Of a stretch of DNA of 64,000 nt, positions 27,037 to 37,198 are shown piece after piece. Made by a program: the position numbers and the translations under genes. The stretch is taken from positions 1,023 through 65,022 of the forward strand of contig CAMBPQ010000011.1 of the NCBI GenBank assembly GCA_945869735.1, written 5' to 3'. The DNA is from Planctomicrobium piriforme. Lineage in GTDB: Bacteria > Planctomycetota > Planctomycetia > Pirellulales > UBA1268. Below the pieces are notes generated by a model, which ran no database searches, was not told where the DNA came from, and saw only the letters and a list, made by a program, of their open reading frames with translations. Each line of letters opens with the position of its first letter. Within the stretch, counting starts at the first letter, position 1.

Positions 27037-28644
27037 ATGAAGCAGGAAATGCTGATCAACGTGTCGCAGCCGGAGGAATGCCGGATCGCGATCATGGAGG
27101 ACGGTGTGCTGGAGGAGCTCTACGTCGAGCGGACCAGCCAGGACAATCTCGTCGGCAACATCTATAAGGGCCGGATCGTCAACATCGAGCCGTCGATCCA
27201 GGCGGCCTTCGTCGATTTCGGCGTGGGTCGCAACGGCTTCCTCCACATCAGTGACGTGGAGCCGCAGTACTACCGACAGGGCGGGCTCGACCCCGACAAG
27301 GCATTCGACGCGGTCGACACGGCGGGCCGCGCGATGGAGGCCGGCGGCGGTGACGACGCCCAGCGGGCCGCGCGACGGAAGCCACGGCTGGGAGATCGGC
27401 CGCGGGTCAAGCCGCCCATCCAAGACGTCTTGCGTCGTGGCGATGAGGTGCTGGTGCAGGTGATCAAGGAGGGCTTCGGCACCAAGGGGCCGACCCTCTC
27501 CACCTACATCTCGATCCCTGGACGGTATCTCGTGCTGATGCCGCCGCTGGGCCGCGTGGGGATTTCCAAGAAGATCGACGACGAACGGGATCGCCGCGTG
27601 CTCCGCGACATCATGCTCGACCTCAAGCCGCCGAAGGGCGTGGGCTTCGTGGTCCGCACCGCGGGCACGGAGCGGACGAAGTCGGAAATGGCCCGCGACA
27701 TGGCCTATCTCCTCCGGCTCTGGAAGAGCATCGTGAAGCGGATGCGGAAGTATTCCGCCCCGATCGACATCTATCAAGAAAGCGACATGATCATCCGGAC
27801 TATCCGTGACATGTTTACGGAGGACGTGGGTCGCATCCTGATCGACGAACCGGCCGCCTACGAGCGGGCCCGCGAGTTTCTCGAACTCGTGATGCCGAAA
27901 TACGCGCCGCGGCTGCAGCTCTACGAGGGCAAGGAGCCGCTCTTTCACCGCTACGGGCTGGAGGAGGAGATCAGCCGCATCCATCAGCGGAAGGTTCCGC
28001 TCAAGGGAGGCGGTTCGATTGTCATCGACCAGACCGAGGCTCTGGTGGCAATCGACGTCAACTCCGGCTCCTTCCGCACCGAGAAGAGTGCTGAGGAGAA
28101 TGCCTACCAAATGAATCTCATCGCTGCGAAGGAGATCGCGCGGCAGCTGCGGCTCCGCGACCTCGGGGGCGTGATCGTCAACGACTTCATCGACATGCGG
28201 AAGGAGAAATACCGCCGGGGCGTCGAGAAGGCGCTCCACGACGCGATGAAGCGGGACCGGGCCCGGACGAAGATCCTGCGGACGAGCCCGTTTGGCTTGG
28301 TGGAAATGACCAGGCAGCGCATCCGGCCCTCGCTCAGAAAGAGCATCTTTCGTGACTGTCCCACCTGCACCGGCACGGGCACGGTGAAGACCGCGGAAAG
28401 CATGGCGATCGAGGTAATGCGGACGCTTCATCTCTCGGAGAGTCGCGATGACGTCACGCGGCTCACCGTCACGGTGCACGACGAGGTCGCCACCTGGATC
28501 AACAACCGCAAGCGGCGGGAGATCACGCAGTTTGAGGACCGGACGCACATCCAGCTGCATGTCGTCGGCAAGGACGGCGTGTCGCCGGAGCATCTCGTGT
28601 TCGACGCCTGGGATTCCAGCGGCCGCAGCATCCGGGTTCCGTAG
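27037..28644 (+). CDS. rng: Ribonuclease E/G family
   Basis: S1 domain NIYKGRIVNIEPSIQAAFVDFG and GFLHISD are present, with VAIDVNSG and GGVIVNDFIDM catalytic motifs. GAAGGGA SD precedes the ATG at 27037. Confidence 0.85.
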   Translation: MKQEMLINVSQPEECRIAIMEDGVLEELYVERTSQDNLVGNIYKGRIVNIEPSIQAAFVDFGVGRNGFLHISDVEPQYYRQGGLDPDKAFDAVDTAGRAMEAGGGDDAQRAARRKPRLGDRPRVKPPIQDVLRRGDEVLVQVIKEGFGTKGPTLSTYISIPGRYLVLMPPLGRVGISKKIDDERDRRVLRDIMLDLKPPKGVGFVVRTAGTERTKSEMARDMAYLLRLWKSIVKRMRKYSAPIDIYQESDMIIRTIRDMFTEDVGRILIDEPAAYERAREFLELVMPKYAPRLQLYEGKEPLFHRYGLEEEISRIHQRKVPLKGGGSIVIDQTEALVAIDVNSGSFRTEKSAEENAYQMNLIAAKEIARQLRLRDLGGVIVNDFIDMRKEKYRRGVEKALHDAMKRDRARTKILRTSPFGLVEMTRQRIRPSLRKSIFRDCPTCTGTGTVKTAESMAIEVMRTLHLSESRDDVTRLTVTVHDEVATWINNRKRREITQFEDRTHIQLHVVGKDGVSPEHLVFDAWDSSGRSIRVP

Positions 28645-28654
28645 GAGGCCGATC

Positions 28655-29632
28655 GTGGGGATAACGCGTCGCTCGATGCTGCGGGCAGGTCTCGCGGGAG
28701 TCATCGCCGCACCGCTGGTGCCTGCAGGCGAGTCGCCCGCAGGGCGGCGGGGCGGGTTTCGGATTGCCCACCTCACCGACATCCACGTGCAGCCTGAGCG
28801 GGAGAGCGCCAAGGGGCTGGCCCAGTGCCTCGCCCACGTGCAGTCGCTGCCTGATCGTGGGGGCGGCCCGCCCGTCGACATGATCGTGACCGGCGGCGAC
28901 ACGATCATGGACTGCATGGAGGCCGGACGCGACCGTGCGCAGGTCCAATGGGATCTGTGGCGGAAGGTGAAGACTGATCACTGCAGCCTCGAAGTGAAGA
29001 GCGTGGTCGGCAACCATGATGTCTGGGGCTGGACCAAGGCGAAATCGGGTGTGACCGGCGCCGAGCCGCTCTACGGGAAGCAATGGGCCTGCGAGCAGTT
29101 CGGTCGGCAGTTGCCCTACGACAGTTTCGACCGCGGCGGCTGGCACATCGTGCTGCTCGACAGCGTGTTTCCACACGAGCAGAGTTACGTCGGTAAGCTC
29201 GACGATGCCCAATGGGACTGGCTGGAGCGTGATCTCGCCGCCGTGCCCACCGCCACGCCGGTACTCGTCGTGTCGCACATCCCGATCCTGTCGGTCCATC
29301 CGCTCGCGGCGGCCGCGGCGAACGGCGGAGCCGGTAGCGACGGGAAGCCCGCCTTCAGCCTCTCGGGCGGGCTCGTGCACGTCGATCACGACCGTTTCCA
29401 GCGGCTCTTCGCCCGGCATCGCAACGTGAAGGCCTGCCTCAGCGGCCACCTCCACATCATCGAACAGATCGACTACGGCGGCGTGCGCTATCTCTGCAAC
29501 GGCGCCGTGAGTGCCGGCTGGTGGAAGGGGCCCCATGGCGGCACGGACTTCGGCTATGCCGTCATCGACCTCTTCGACGACGGCACGCTCGCCTGCGACT
29601 ACCGGACCTACGGCTGGACCGCCCGCGGCTGA
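28655..29632 (+). CDS. Tat-signal metallophosphoesterase
   Basis: The GTG start is preceded by AGGAGG. Twin-arginine motif TRRSMLRAG, then HLTDIHV, TGGD, GNHD, VVSHIP and GHLH. Confidence 0.75.
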   Translation: MGITRRSMLRAGLAGVIAAPLVPAGESPAGRRGGFRIAHLTDIHVQPERESAKGLAQCLAHVQSLPDRGGGPPVDMIVTGGDTIMDCMEAGRDRAQVQWDLWRKVKTDHCSLEVKSVVGNHDVWGWTKAKSGVTGAEPLYGKQWACEQFGRQLPYDSFDRGGWHIVLLDSVFPHEQSYVGKLDDAQWDWLERDLAAVPTATPVLVVSHIPILSVHPLAAAAANGGAGSDGKPAFSLSGGLVHVDHDRFQRLFARHRNVKACLSGHLHIIEQIDYGGVRYLCNGAVSAGWWKGPHGGTDFGYAVIDLFDDGTLACDYRTYGWTARG

Positions 29633-29640
29633 CGAGGGCT

Positions 29641-29722
29641 GATTCCCGATCGTGACGGGGGCGCGGAGCGAGACGAGGTGGAAGGCGTAATCCCCGCGCT
29701 CCCGCTTGGGGCTTCCGGAGGG
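29641..29722. repeat. Family-2 short repeat, copy a
   Basis: gattcccgatcgtgacgg ... tccccgcgctcccgcttggggcttccggaggg. The cores recur at 46321-46352 and 60986-61060. Confidence 0.65.
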
Positions 29723-29743
29723 AGAGTCACCCGGTTTGTCACC

Positions 29744-31348
29744 CTATGACGGTGGCAGGAGGTACGACTCCGCGAGCCTGACAAACGCCGCAGCGGATGC
29801 GGCGGCGTCGAAGCGATCGCCCAGTTCGTCTCGCATGATCGCGGCGACGGCGCCGGCCGCTCCTGCCGCGAGGCGGGCGTCGAGTAGCAGCCAGCGCGAC
29901 CGCCGCGCAAGGACGTCTTCGACGGTCCGGGCGGCCTCGTGCCGCGCGGCGAACCGAACCATCGCCTCGGAGAAGCCGGGAAGGATCATCCGTTCGGCAC
30001 CGGGGAGCGTGGCGATCACAGGGGCTTCGGTGCCATAGAGGTGCGGGCCCGGCGGGGCCGAGAGGGGTGTCAGCGATGACCCCGGCGGCGGGGCGCCGAC
30101 GAGCCTCAGGTGCCGCGTGATGCCGGCGGGTCGCTCAGGCACGAGGCCGTGGGCGAAGCAGGCCGCGAGCACGCTCTCCGCCATCGACCGGTAGGTGGTC
30201 CACTTCCCGCCGGTCACGCTGACCAGCCCGTGGGGCGACACCTCGACGACGTGCTCCCGCGACAGCCGCTTCGTGTCGCCACCGCCGGCCGCCGGCTTCA
30301 CCAGCGGCCGCAGGCCAGCCCACGCCGAGCGGACGCTCGCCCGTGATAGCGGCACGGCTAGCCGTCGGCCGGCCTCGGCGAGAATGAACTCGACCTCGGC
30401 GTCGAAGGGCCGCGGCTCGAGCGGCAGGTCGGTCCGTGGCGTGTCAGTCGTGCCGAGAATCACCTTCCCCAGCCATGGCACCGCGAACAGCACGCGGCCG
30501 TCGGCCGTCTTGGGCACGAGCATGGCGCTCGTTGACGGGAAGCACTCGTGGTCGACGACCAGGTGCACGCCCTGGCTCGGCGCCACGAGATCGGTGGCAG
30601 CCGGCTCGTCGAGATGGCGGAGACGATCGACCCAGACGCCCGTGGCGTTGATCACACAGCGGCATGGCACGTCGTACCGGTGGCCGGTCTCCACGTCCTC
30701 GATACTGACGCCCTCGATGCGGTCGCCGTCGTACAAAAAACCGACGGTGCGGCAGTAGTTGAGGGCGACCGCAGCCTCGCGATGCGCCGTGCGGGCGAGC
30801 GCCACGGCGAATCGGGCGTCGTCGAACTGGCCATCCCAGTAGCGGATGCCACCCACGAGGCCGTCGGGCTCAAGGCCGGGCGCGGCGTCGAGAGCAGCTC
30901 GGCGACCGAGCAGGCTGACGCCCCCGAGACGGTTCGAGCCGGAGAGCATCTCGTAGATCGCCAAGCCGGCCGCGTAGAAGGGCAGTTCACAGAGTCGGCC
31001 GCGCAGCCCGTAGGCCGGCACCACGAAGGGGAGCGGCTGGGCGAGGTGCGGTGCGTTGTCGAGAAAGAGCCTCCGCTCGCGGAGGGCCTCGCGGACGAGA
31101 GTCACGTTGCCCTGCGCGAGATACCGCACGCCACCGTGGACGAGTTTCGTGGCCCGGCTGGAAGTGCCCTTGGCGAAGTCTTCGGCCTCCACAAGTAGCG
31201 TGGAGAAGCCGCGGGCCGCGGCGTCGACGGCCACGCCGAGACCGGTGGCCCCGCCCCCGACGATGACCACGTCGAACGCCGCGCCCGACTGGAGCCGGGC
31301 GAGCATCAAGTCGCGACGGAAGGGGGCTGGAGTGTCTGGCATAAACAT
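29744..31348 (-). CDS. glpD: FAD-dependent glycerol-3-phosphate dehydrogenase
   Basis: FDVVIVGGGATGLGVAVDAAARG and GTSSRATKLVHGGVRYL. The start is set at the internal Met (31348 or 31342) to avoid overlap with the rplU leader. Confidence 0.85.
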   Translation of the reverse strand: MFMPDTPAPFRRDLMLARLQSGAAFDVVIVGGGATGLGVAVDAAARGFSTLLVEAEDFAKGTSSRATKLVHGGVRYLAQGNVTLVREALRERRLFLDNAPHLAQPLPFVVPAYGLRGRLCELPFYAAGLAIYEMLSGSNRLGGVSLLGRRAALDAAPGLEPDGLVGGIRYWDGQFDDARFAVALARTAHREAAVALNYCRTVGFLYDGDRIEGVSIEDVETGHRYDVPCRCVINATGVWVDRLRHLDEPAATDLVAPSQGVHLVVDHECFPSTSAMLVPKTADGRVLFAVPWLGKVILGTTDTPRTDLPLEPRPFDAEVEFILAEAGRRLAVPLSRASVRSAWAGLRPLVKPAAGGGDTKRLSREHVVEVSPHGLVSVTGGKWTTYRSMAESVLAACFAHGLVPERPAGITRHLRLVGAPPPGSSLTPLSAPPGPHLYGTEAPVIATLPGAERMILPGFSEAMVRFAARHEAARTVEDVLARRSRWLLLDARLAAGAAGAVAAIMRDELGDRFDAAASAAAFVRLAESYLLPPS

Positions 31349-31497
31349 GATTGAGACGGGCCCTGCCGGCCCGGAACGCCCTCGGAAACCGTTCTTTTCC
31401 GGGGCCGAACGGCCCCACTCGACCCGCGACCCGGGCCTCGATATCGTACAAGGCTCGGTTTCCCAGTTTTTTCCGCAGCCAGCATCGGACCAGAGCC

Positions 31498-31872
31498 ATG
31501 GCCAAGGCCACCACCCCCGCCCCCGCATCCTCGGCCGCCAGCATGACGGGCGCCGCCCACAACTACGCCGTCGTGGTCGACGGCGGCCGCCAATACCGCG
31601 TCATGGAGGGCCAGGAACTTGAGATCGACTTCCGCCACCTGCCCGCGGGCAGCGAGGTGGTCTTCGACGACGTGCTCGCCGTCAGCAAGGCCGGCCAACT
31701 CACGATCGGCAAGCCGAAGGTGAAGGGCGCCAAGGTGAAGGCCGAGGTGCTCGGGCTCGTGCAGGGCGAGAAGATCTACGTGCAGAAGTTCGCCCGCCGC
31801 AAGAACTACCGCCGCCGCACCGGCCATCGGTCGATCTCGACCAAGATCCGGATCGCGTCGATCTCGGCCTGA
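31498..31872 (+). CDS. rplU: 50S ribosomal protein L21 (alternative start at 31543)
   Basis: YAVVVDGGRQYRVMEGQELEID...KIYVQKFARRKNYRRRTGHR. Confidence 0.85.
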   Translation: MAKATTPAPASSAASMTGAAHNYAVVVDGGRQYRVMEGQELEIDFRHLPAGSEVVFDDVLAVSKAGQLTIGKPKVKGAKVKAEVLGLVQGEKIYVQKFARRKNYRRRTGHRSISTKIRIASISA

Positions 31873-31873
31873 C

Positions 31874-33766
31874 TCACAGTCCGAGGTTGCCGAGCGGTCC
31901 ACCGCGGGCGCAGAGTGCGTCGACTGCGGCACTGATGGCAGGATCCTCCTCGACCGGCGGCGCGTGGTGGGGCTTGAGCCGCGCGTCGATCACGAGTGGG
32001 CCGCGGCAGCCCCAGTGCTTCTGGTGAGTGAAGGCGTCGACGCCGTACACGTCGGCGGCCGGATTTGAGCGTGTGAATGTCAGCCAGAGGAAGTTGGCGA
32101 GCGACGCGGCCGCGAAGCCGGCGTCATCGACGATCACGACGAGCGGCCATGCTCGCAGCGGATGGTCCGCGCCGACACCCTGACAAAACCGCTCGATGTC
32201 GGCCGACCACGGCGCCGATCGTGCCGTCTCCCAGATTGCCGCGTCGTTCGCCGCGTCGAGTCGCGGCTGCGGCTCGATGCGGGGTCCTTCGACCGCTACG
32301 ACGCCCGGCAGGCAGACCTGCGGATGACGGAAGCCGTCGGGCAGCGGCAGGCTGGCGGGGAGTGATGTCTTGAGTTCGCGGATCGCCGGGCCGCGGGCGG
32401 CGACCACGAGCTTCGATCCCGTATTGAAGCCACTGCCTGAGTAGTCGAGCGTGTCGATCGTGGTCTCGGTGTGGAAGTGGCAGTCGCGGCTCCAGTCAGC
32501 CCGTGCGAGCAGGTGTGAGAGGAAGGGGGCCACGTCGTGGGCGTCGAGGCCGGGCGCGTCGCCGGCCGCCACGATGAAGAGATACTTCGCGAGCGAGAGC
32601 TGTCCCTGGCCGAGGATTGCGGCGGCCTGCGTGAGGAGTTCGGCGGGGCGGTTCGACGGCTTCCACGGGAGATAGCGCTCGCTCCCCACGGCGAGGAGTA
32701 GGGGATGCACGCCCGACGCATCGACCGCATGCACGCTCGTCACGCCGGGCAGCACCGTCGGGATCACGGGCCCGGTGAGTTCGTGGACGAGCCAGCCGAA
32801 GAGCGTGTCTTCCTGCGGCGGACGGCCCACGACGGTAATCGGCCAGATGGCCCCCTCGCGATGCCAAACGTGGTCGACCCGCAGCACGGGAAAATCGTGC
32901 TGCCGGGCATAGTAGCCAAGATGGTCGCCGAACGGTCCCTCGGGCTTCATGGCCCCGGGCATGACGCTGCCCTCGATCACGAAGTCGGCGTCGGCGTAGA
33001 TGGCCGGGCCGCTTCCGCGCGGGATCATCGGGATCCGGTGGCCGGCCAGAACGCCCGCGAACGTCAGCTCCGAGAGGCCCTCGGGCAGCGGCATCACCGC
33101 CGACACGGCCATCGCCGGCGAGCCGCCGACGAAGATCGCGACCTTGAGCGGTTGGCCCCGCTCGAGCGCCGCAGCGTGGTGGATGCCGATGCCGCGGTGG
33201 AGTTGGTAGTGCAGCCCCGTCTCGTGGTCGCGGTGGTAGGCGTTGCCGGCCAACTGCACGCGGTACATGCCGAGGTTTGACAACTTGGTGCCGGGCTTGG
33301 CCGGGTGCTCCGTATAGACCGCGGGCAGCGTGATGAACGGCCCGCCGTCGCCTGGCCATGAGACCACCTGCGGCAGTTGTGAGAGCGGGATGCTGCGGGC
33401 CAAGACCGGACCGGTTCGCACCCGCCTGGGTAGCATCGCCAGCGCGTCGACCGGCGACCTCCAATACCGCCACGGCTTCTGCAGCGCGGCGGTGGGGTCG
33501 ATCTTGAGCTCGACGAGACGCTTCACACGATCGAGTGTGTCGGAGAAGATCCGTTCGATCCGGGCTTGCGTGCCGTAGAGGTTCGCAAGGATCGGGAAAT
33601 CGGACCCGCGTGGTTTCGTGAACAGCACCGCCGGGCCACCCGCGCGAAACAGCCGCCGCTGGATCTCCGCGATCTCGAGGTACGGGTCGACGGGATGGTC
33701 GATGAAGACCGCCTGCCCTGCGGCATGCAGGGTGTCGACACAGGCTTTGAGCGAGCGAAATCCCAT
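31874..33766 (-). CDS. UbiD-family (prenyl-FMN dependent) decarboxylase
   Basis: LEIAEIQRRLFRAGGPAVLFTKPRGSDFPILANLYG, LSNLGMYRVQL and GPFGDHLGYY. The internal Met at 33766 was chosen to avoid overlap with the divergent osmC-like gene. Confidence 0.8.
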   Translation of the reverse strand: MGFRSLKACVDTLHAAGQAVFIDHPVDPYLEIAEIQRRLFRAGGPAVLFTKPRGSDFPILANLYGTQARIERIFSDTLDRVKRLVELKIDPTAALQKPWRYWRSPVDALAMLPRRVRTGPVLARSIPLSQLPQVVSWPGDGGPFITLPAVYTEHPAKPGTKLSNLGMYRVQLAGNAYHRDHETGLHYQLHRGIGIHHAAALERGQPLKVAIFVGGSPAMAVSAVMPLPEGLSELTFAGVLAGHRIPMIPRGSGPAIYADADFVIEGSVMPGAMKPEGPFGDHLGYYARQHDFPVLRVDHVWHREGAIWPITVVGRPPQEDTLFGWLVHELTGPVIPTVLPGVTSVHAVDASGVHPLLLAVGSERYLPWKPSNRPAELLTQAAAILGQGQLSLAKYLFIVAAGDAPGLDAHDVAPFLSHLLARADWSRDCHFHTETTIDTLDYSGSGFNTGSKLVVAARGPAIRELKTSLPASLPLPDGFRHPQVCLPGVVAVEGPRIEPQPRLDAANDAAIWETARSAPWSADIERFCQGVGADHPLRAWPLVVIVDDAGFAAASLANFLWLTFTRSNPAADVYGVDAFTHQKHWGCRGPLVIDARLKPHHAPPVEEDPAISAAVDALCARGGPLGNLGL

Positions 33767-33878
33767 GGGCGGCGTGATCGTCTCGGTTGTCCGGGAAGGG
33801 GCCTCATCATCGTAGCCTCGTCGCCGTGTAGAATGACCGGGATCGGACCCGAGTTTTTCGCCCGGAGCCAGCGCATCC

Positions 33879-34289
33879 ATGGTCATGCTCACCAGCACCT
33901 ACGCAGGCGGCCTCCGCTGCCAGGCCGTCCACGGCCCGTCGGGGGCCACGCTCTTCACCGACGCGCCGGTCGACAACCACGGCAAGGGGGAGAGTTTTTC
34001 GCCCACCGACCTCGTGGCCACGGCGCTCGGGGCCTGCATGATGACGATCATGGGGATCGTGGCCGAGCGGCATGGGCTGAACCTCACTGGCATGAAGGCC
34101 GAGACGGTCAAGGAAATGACGAAGGAGCCGCCGCGGCGGATCGCGTCGCTCCGCACGCGGCTCACGATCCCCCTGTCGGCCGACCACCCGCAGCGGGAAC
34201 TGCTCGAACAGGCCGCCCACACCTGCCCGGTGCACAAGAGCCTTCATCCCGACATCGACGCCGCGATCGAGTTTGTCTGGGCCGGCTAA
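33879..34289 (+). CDS. OsmC family protein
   Basis: GESFSPTDLVATALGACMMT and EQAAHTCPVHKSL give the two conserved Cys motifs. Confidence 0.8.
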   Translation: MVMLTSTYAGGLRCQAVHGPSGATLFTDAPVDNHGKGESFSPTDLVATALGACMMTIMGIVAERHGLNLTGMKAETVKEMTKEPPRRIASLRTRLTIPLSADHPQRELLEQAAHTCPVHKSLHPDIDAAIEFVWAG

Positions 34290-34311
34290 CGGCATCCAAT
34301 CGGAGGCAGGC

Positions 34312-35640
34312 ATGCCCGACCTCTTCGCCGCATCTCGGGCCGCCAACGTGGCCCGCGCCGCGCCGCTCGCGGCCCGGATGCGGCCCCGGCGGCTCGCCGA
34401 CTACGTGGGCCAGCAGAAGATCGTGGGCCAGGGCACGCTCCTGCGGCGGCTCATCGAGGCCGACCGGCTGGGATCGGTGATCCTCTACGGGCCGCCCGGC
34501 GTGGGGAAGACGACGCTTGCGGAGATCATTGCCCACGAGACGAAGCGGCGATTCGTCGAACTCTCCGCGACGGCCGCGGGTGTGAAGGATGTGCGTGACG
34601 TGCTGGAGGTCGCACGGCGGCGACTGGAGGACGACGGCCAGCGGACATGCCTGTTCATCGATGAGATCCACCGGTTCAACAAGGCCCAGCAGGACGTGCT
34701 CCTGCCCGACGTCGAGAACGGCGTGATCGCACTCATCGGTGCGACCACGCAGAATCCCTTCTTCGCGCTTACCAGCGCGCTCGTCAGTCGCAGTCGGATT
34801 TTCGAGCTCGAGAGCCTCGCCATCGACGACGTCGGCGCAATCCTCGACCGGGCCGTCGCCGATCGAGAACACGGCCTCGGGGGTGAGCAGGTGACGCTTA
34901 CATCCGAGGCCCGGGCGTTTCTCGTGGAGACGTCCGACGGCGATGCCCGGCGGGCGCTCGGGGCGCTCGAGGTCGGCGTGCTGTCGAGCACGTCGCGGCC
35001 GCTTGAGTTCACGCTCGCGCTCGCCCGCGAGAGCGTCCAGCGGAAGGCCATCGCCTATGACTCGGGCGACACCCACTACGACTGCGCCAGCGCCCTCATC
35101 AAGAGCATCAGGGGCAGCGACGCCGATGCGGGGCTCTACTGGCTCGCGCGGATGCTCGAGGGGGGCGAGGACGTGCGGTTTCTATCCCGCCGTCTCGTGA
35201 TTCTCGCCAGTGAAGACGTCGGTAACGCCGATCCCCGGGCCCTGATGATCGCGGTTGCCGCCATGCAGGCGACCGAGTTTGTGGGGCTGCCCGAGTGCCA
35301 GCTCACGCTTGCCCAGGCCGTGATCTACCTTGCGCTCGCTCCCAAGAGCAACGCCTGCACGACCGCGATCGGTGCGGCCCGTCGCGACGTCCGTGAGCAG
35401 GCGGTGATCCCCGTGCCCCGGCATCTGCAGGACAAGCATTACTCCGGCGCGAAGCGTCTCGGCCACGGCCAGGGCTACGAGTATTCCCACGACGCGGTCG
35501 ACGGGATCGCCTCGCAGGATTACCTCGGTGTCGAGAAGACCTACTACGAGCCGACCGACCGCGGGATGGAGCGGGATCTTGCCGAGCGATTGGCCGAGAT
35601 CAGGCGGCGACTCCGGCAGGAGCAGCCGGAACACTCCTGA
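34312..35640 (+). CDS. rarA: Replication-associated recombination protein A
   Basis: LAARMRPRRLADYVGQ, ILYGPPGVGKTTLA, LFIDEIHRFNKAQQD, GDARRALGALE and KSIRGSDADAGLYWLARM. Confidence 0.9.
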   Translation: MPDLFAASRAANVARAAPLAARMRPRRLADYVGQQKIVGQGTLLRRLIEADRLGSVILYGPPGVGKTTLAEIIAHETKRRFVELSATAAGVKDVRDVLEVARRRLEDDGQRTCLFIDEIHRFNKAQQDVLLPDVENGVIALIGATTQNPFFALTSALVSRSRIFELESLAIDDVGAILDRAVADREHGLGGEQVTLTSEARAFLVETSDGDARRALGALEVGVLSSTSRPLEFTLALARESVQRKAIAYDSGDTHYDCASALIKSIRGSDADAGLYWLARMLEGGEDVRFLSRRLVILASEDVGNADPRALMIAVAAMQATEFVGLPECQLTLAQAVIYLALAPKSNACTTAIGAARRDVREQAVIPVPRHLQDKHYSGAKRLGHGQGYEYSHDAVDGIASQDYLGVEKTYYEPTDRGMERDLAERLAEIRRRLRQEQPEHS

Positions 35641-36418
35641 GCTCGGTGACAATCTCGTTGGTGAGCACCTCCTCGAGGCGGGCGAGAGCCCGGGCCACGG
35701 CGGCCCCGTCGAGCACGCGATGGTCGGCGATCGCAGTGACGAGGCAGCGGCCGTCGGCGTCGAGCGGTCCATAAGACAGGCTCGTGGTGCAGAGCGTGGG
35801 ATGAAAACGGTTGGTGACACCGAAGCCGGCGAGCGTGGAGAGACTGAAGGTGCCGACCCGCGTGGCCCGCTTGGGCGAGGCCGACCGCATGTTCCAGCGG
35901 AGGATCACGCGGCGAAGCCCGCCGGGCAACGCCTCGAGTTGCAGTTGCCGTTTGAACACCCGTTCGGTCGGCTCGGTCGCGAAGCGGTCGATCGCCGCCT
36001 GGAGAAGCGGCAGAGGCGTGTCGTCGGGGCGGACGAGCCGGGCGAAGAACAATCGGTCGGCCTCCTCGTCAGTTCGGTTGATGGTGAGCACGGCCACGCT
36101 GTGGGAACTCGTGGCGATGCGCCGCACGATCCGGCCGGCGAGCCAGCTGCGGAGAACGGGCACCTCCCGCGCGACGATCCCATAGCCCTTGAGGAAGATC
36201 GCGGCCCAGCCGATCCGCTCAGCCGCTGCTGACCGAGCCGCCGCCACGTCAGCAAGCTGCATTTCCCGATCGACGGGAAAGAGCGGGATGGTCTTCGCGA
36301 GCTCCGCGATATCGATGACGCAGCCGCGGCCGACGGCGAGCGGCGCCGTGGTGACGGTGATCGGATGCGGTGAAGGGTGACTCATGGAGGGGCTGCCTGG
36401 GATGCGGGATTGAAGCAA
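35600..36418 (-). CDS. Acyltransferase with a 2-oxoacid-dehydrogenase E2 / CAT-like catalytic domain
   Basis: The C-terminal motif [17 protein letters not shown] is of DHRxxDG type. The start is uncertain (36418 or 36385). The 3' end overlaps rarA convergently by 41 nt. Confidence 0.55.
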   Translation of the reverse strand: MLQSRIPGSPSMSHPSPHPITVTTAPLAVGRGCVIDIAELAKTIPLFPVDREMQLADVAAARSAAAERIGWAAIFLKGYGIVAREVPVLRSWLAGRIVRRIATSSHSVAVLTINRTDEEADRLFFARLVRPDDTPLPLLQAAIDRFATEPTERVFKRQLQLEALPGGLRRVILRWNMRSASPKRATRVGTFSLSTLAGFGVTNRFHPTLCTTSLSYGPLDADGRCLVTAIADHRVLDGAAVARALARLEEVLTNEIVTELRSVPAAPAGVAA

Positions 36419-36504
36419 TTGTCCTTACCGGATGGAATGCCAGATTCGCTGCGGAGTTCCGCGGCCGCCAGGTCTTGAGCAGCCGAGCCGGTTACACTCG
36501 CGGC

Positions 36505-36957
36505 ATGCGAGCCGTGATCCAGAGGGTGTCGGAAGCGAGCGTGGCGATCGCCGGTGAGGTGGTGGCACGGATCGGGACCGGCCTGCTCGTGCTGGTGGGC
36601 GTAGAGACTGGCGACTCCACCGAAGACGCCCACTGGCTGGCCGGGAAGATCGCGCAGTTACGGATTTTCGCTGATGACACCAGCAAGATGAATCTCAGCG
36701 TCGTTGAGGCCGACGGTGGCATGCTCGTGGTCAGCCAGTTCACGCTCGTCGCGGCCACGGCCAAGGGCAACCGGCCGAGTTTCATCCGGGCGGCGCGGCC
36801 CGAGGAGGCGGTGCCGCTCTACGAGTTGTTTCTCGCCGCGCTCGAGCCGCTCGTGGGGCAACGGCCGGAGCGGGGCGTGTTTGCCGCCGACATGCGGGTG
36901 GCACTCGTCAACGACGGCCCGGTGACGATCGTGATTGACTCGCGGCGGCGGGAGTGA
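36505..36957 (+). CDS. dtd: D-aminoacyl-tRNA deacylase
   Basis: [30 protein letters not shown] and GNRPSF. Confidence 0.9.
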   Translation: MRAVIQRVSEASVAIAGEVVARIGTGLLVLVGVETGDSTEDAHWLAGKIAQLRIFADDTSKMNLSVVEADGGMLVVSQFTLVAATAKGNRPSFIRAARPEEAVPLYELFLAALEPLVGQRPERGVFAADMRVALVNDGPVTIVIDSRRRE

Positions 36958-37081
36958 CGGTTGCCGGCCGGGGGCCGGCCAAGCGGGCGGTTGCTGCGGA
37001 AACATGCGGCAATCGACCCCCGTAGCGCCGCTGTCGGGGGGCCTGAAATCCGATCGCCGTGTGGTACACTTTCGCCCGCAT

Positions 37082-37156
37082 GGTGGTTGTAGCTCAGTTG
37101 GTTAGAGCATCGGTTTGTGGTACCGAGGGTCGCGGGTTCGAGTCCCGTCAGCCACC
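37082..37156 (+). tRNA. tRNA-His (anticodon GTG) with genomically encoded G-1
   Basis: Hand-folded cloverleaf: G-1 + GTGGTTG / TA / GCTC-AGTTGGTTA-GAGC / TCGGT-TTGTGGT-ACCGA / GCGGG-TTCGAGT-CCCGT / CAGCCAC + C. No CCA is encoded. Confidence 0.9.
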
Positions 37157-37198
37157 CTGAATTCTTTTCATTCGGCACTCACAGCGGAGACAGTTGCC

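Noticed and set aside
26785-28917. 710-aa minus-strand ORF spanning the ptsI end, RNase E/G and the phosphoesterase start
   Set aside because: It is antisense to three genes with clear catalytic motifs, and its translation is repetitive in R/L/D/H/P with no recognisable domain. It is a shadow ORF.
35600-35640. 41-nt convergent overlap of rarA and the acyltransferase gene as a regulatory antisense feature
   Set aside because: It is more likely that the acyltransferase or rarA C-terminal extent is slightly over-called in GC-rich sequence. There is no supporting structure.
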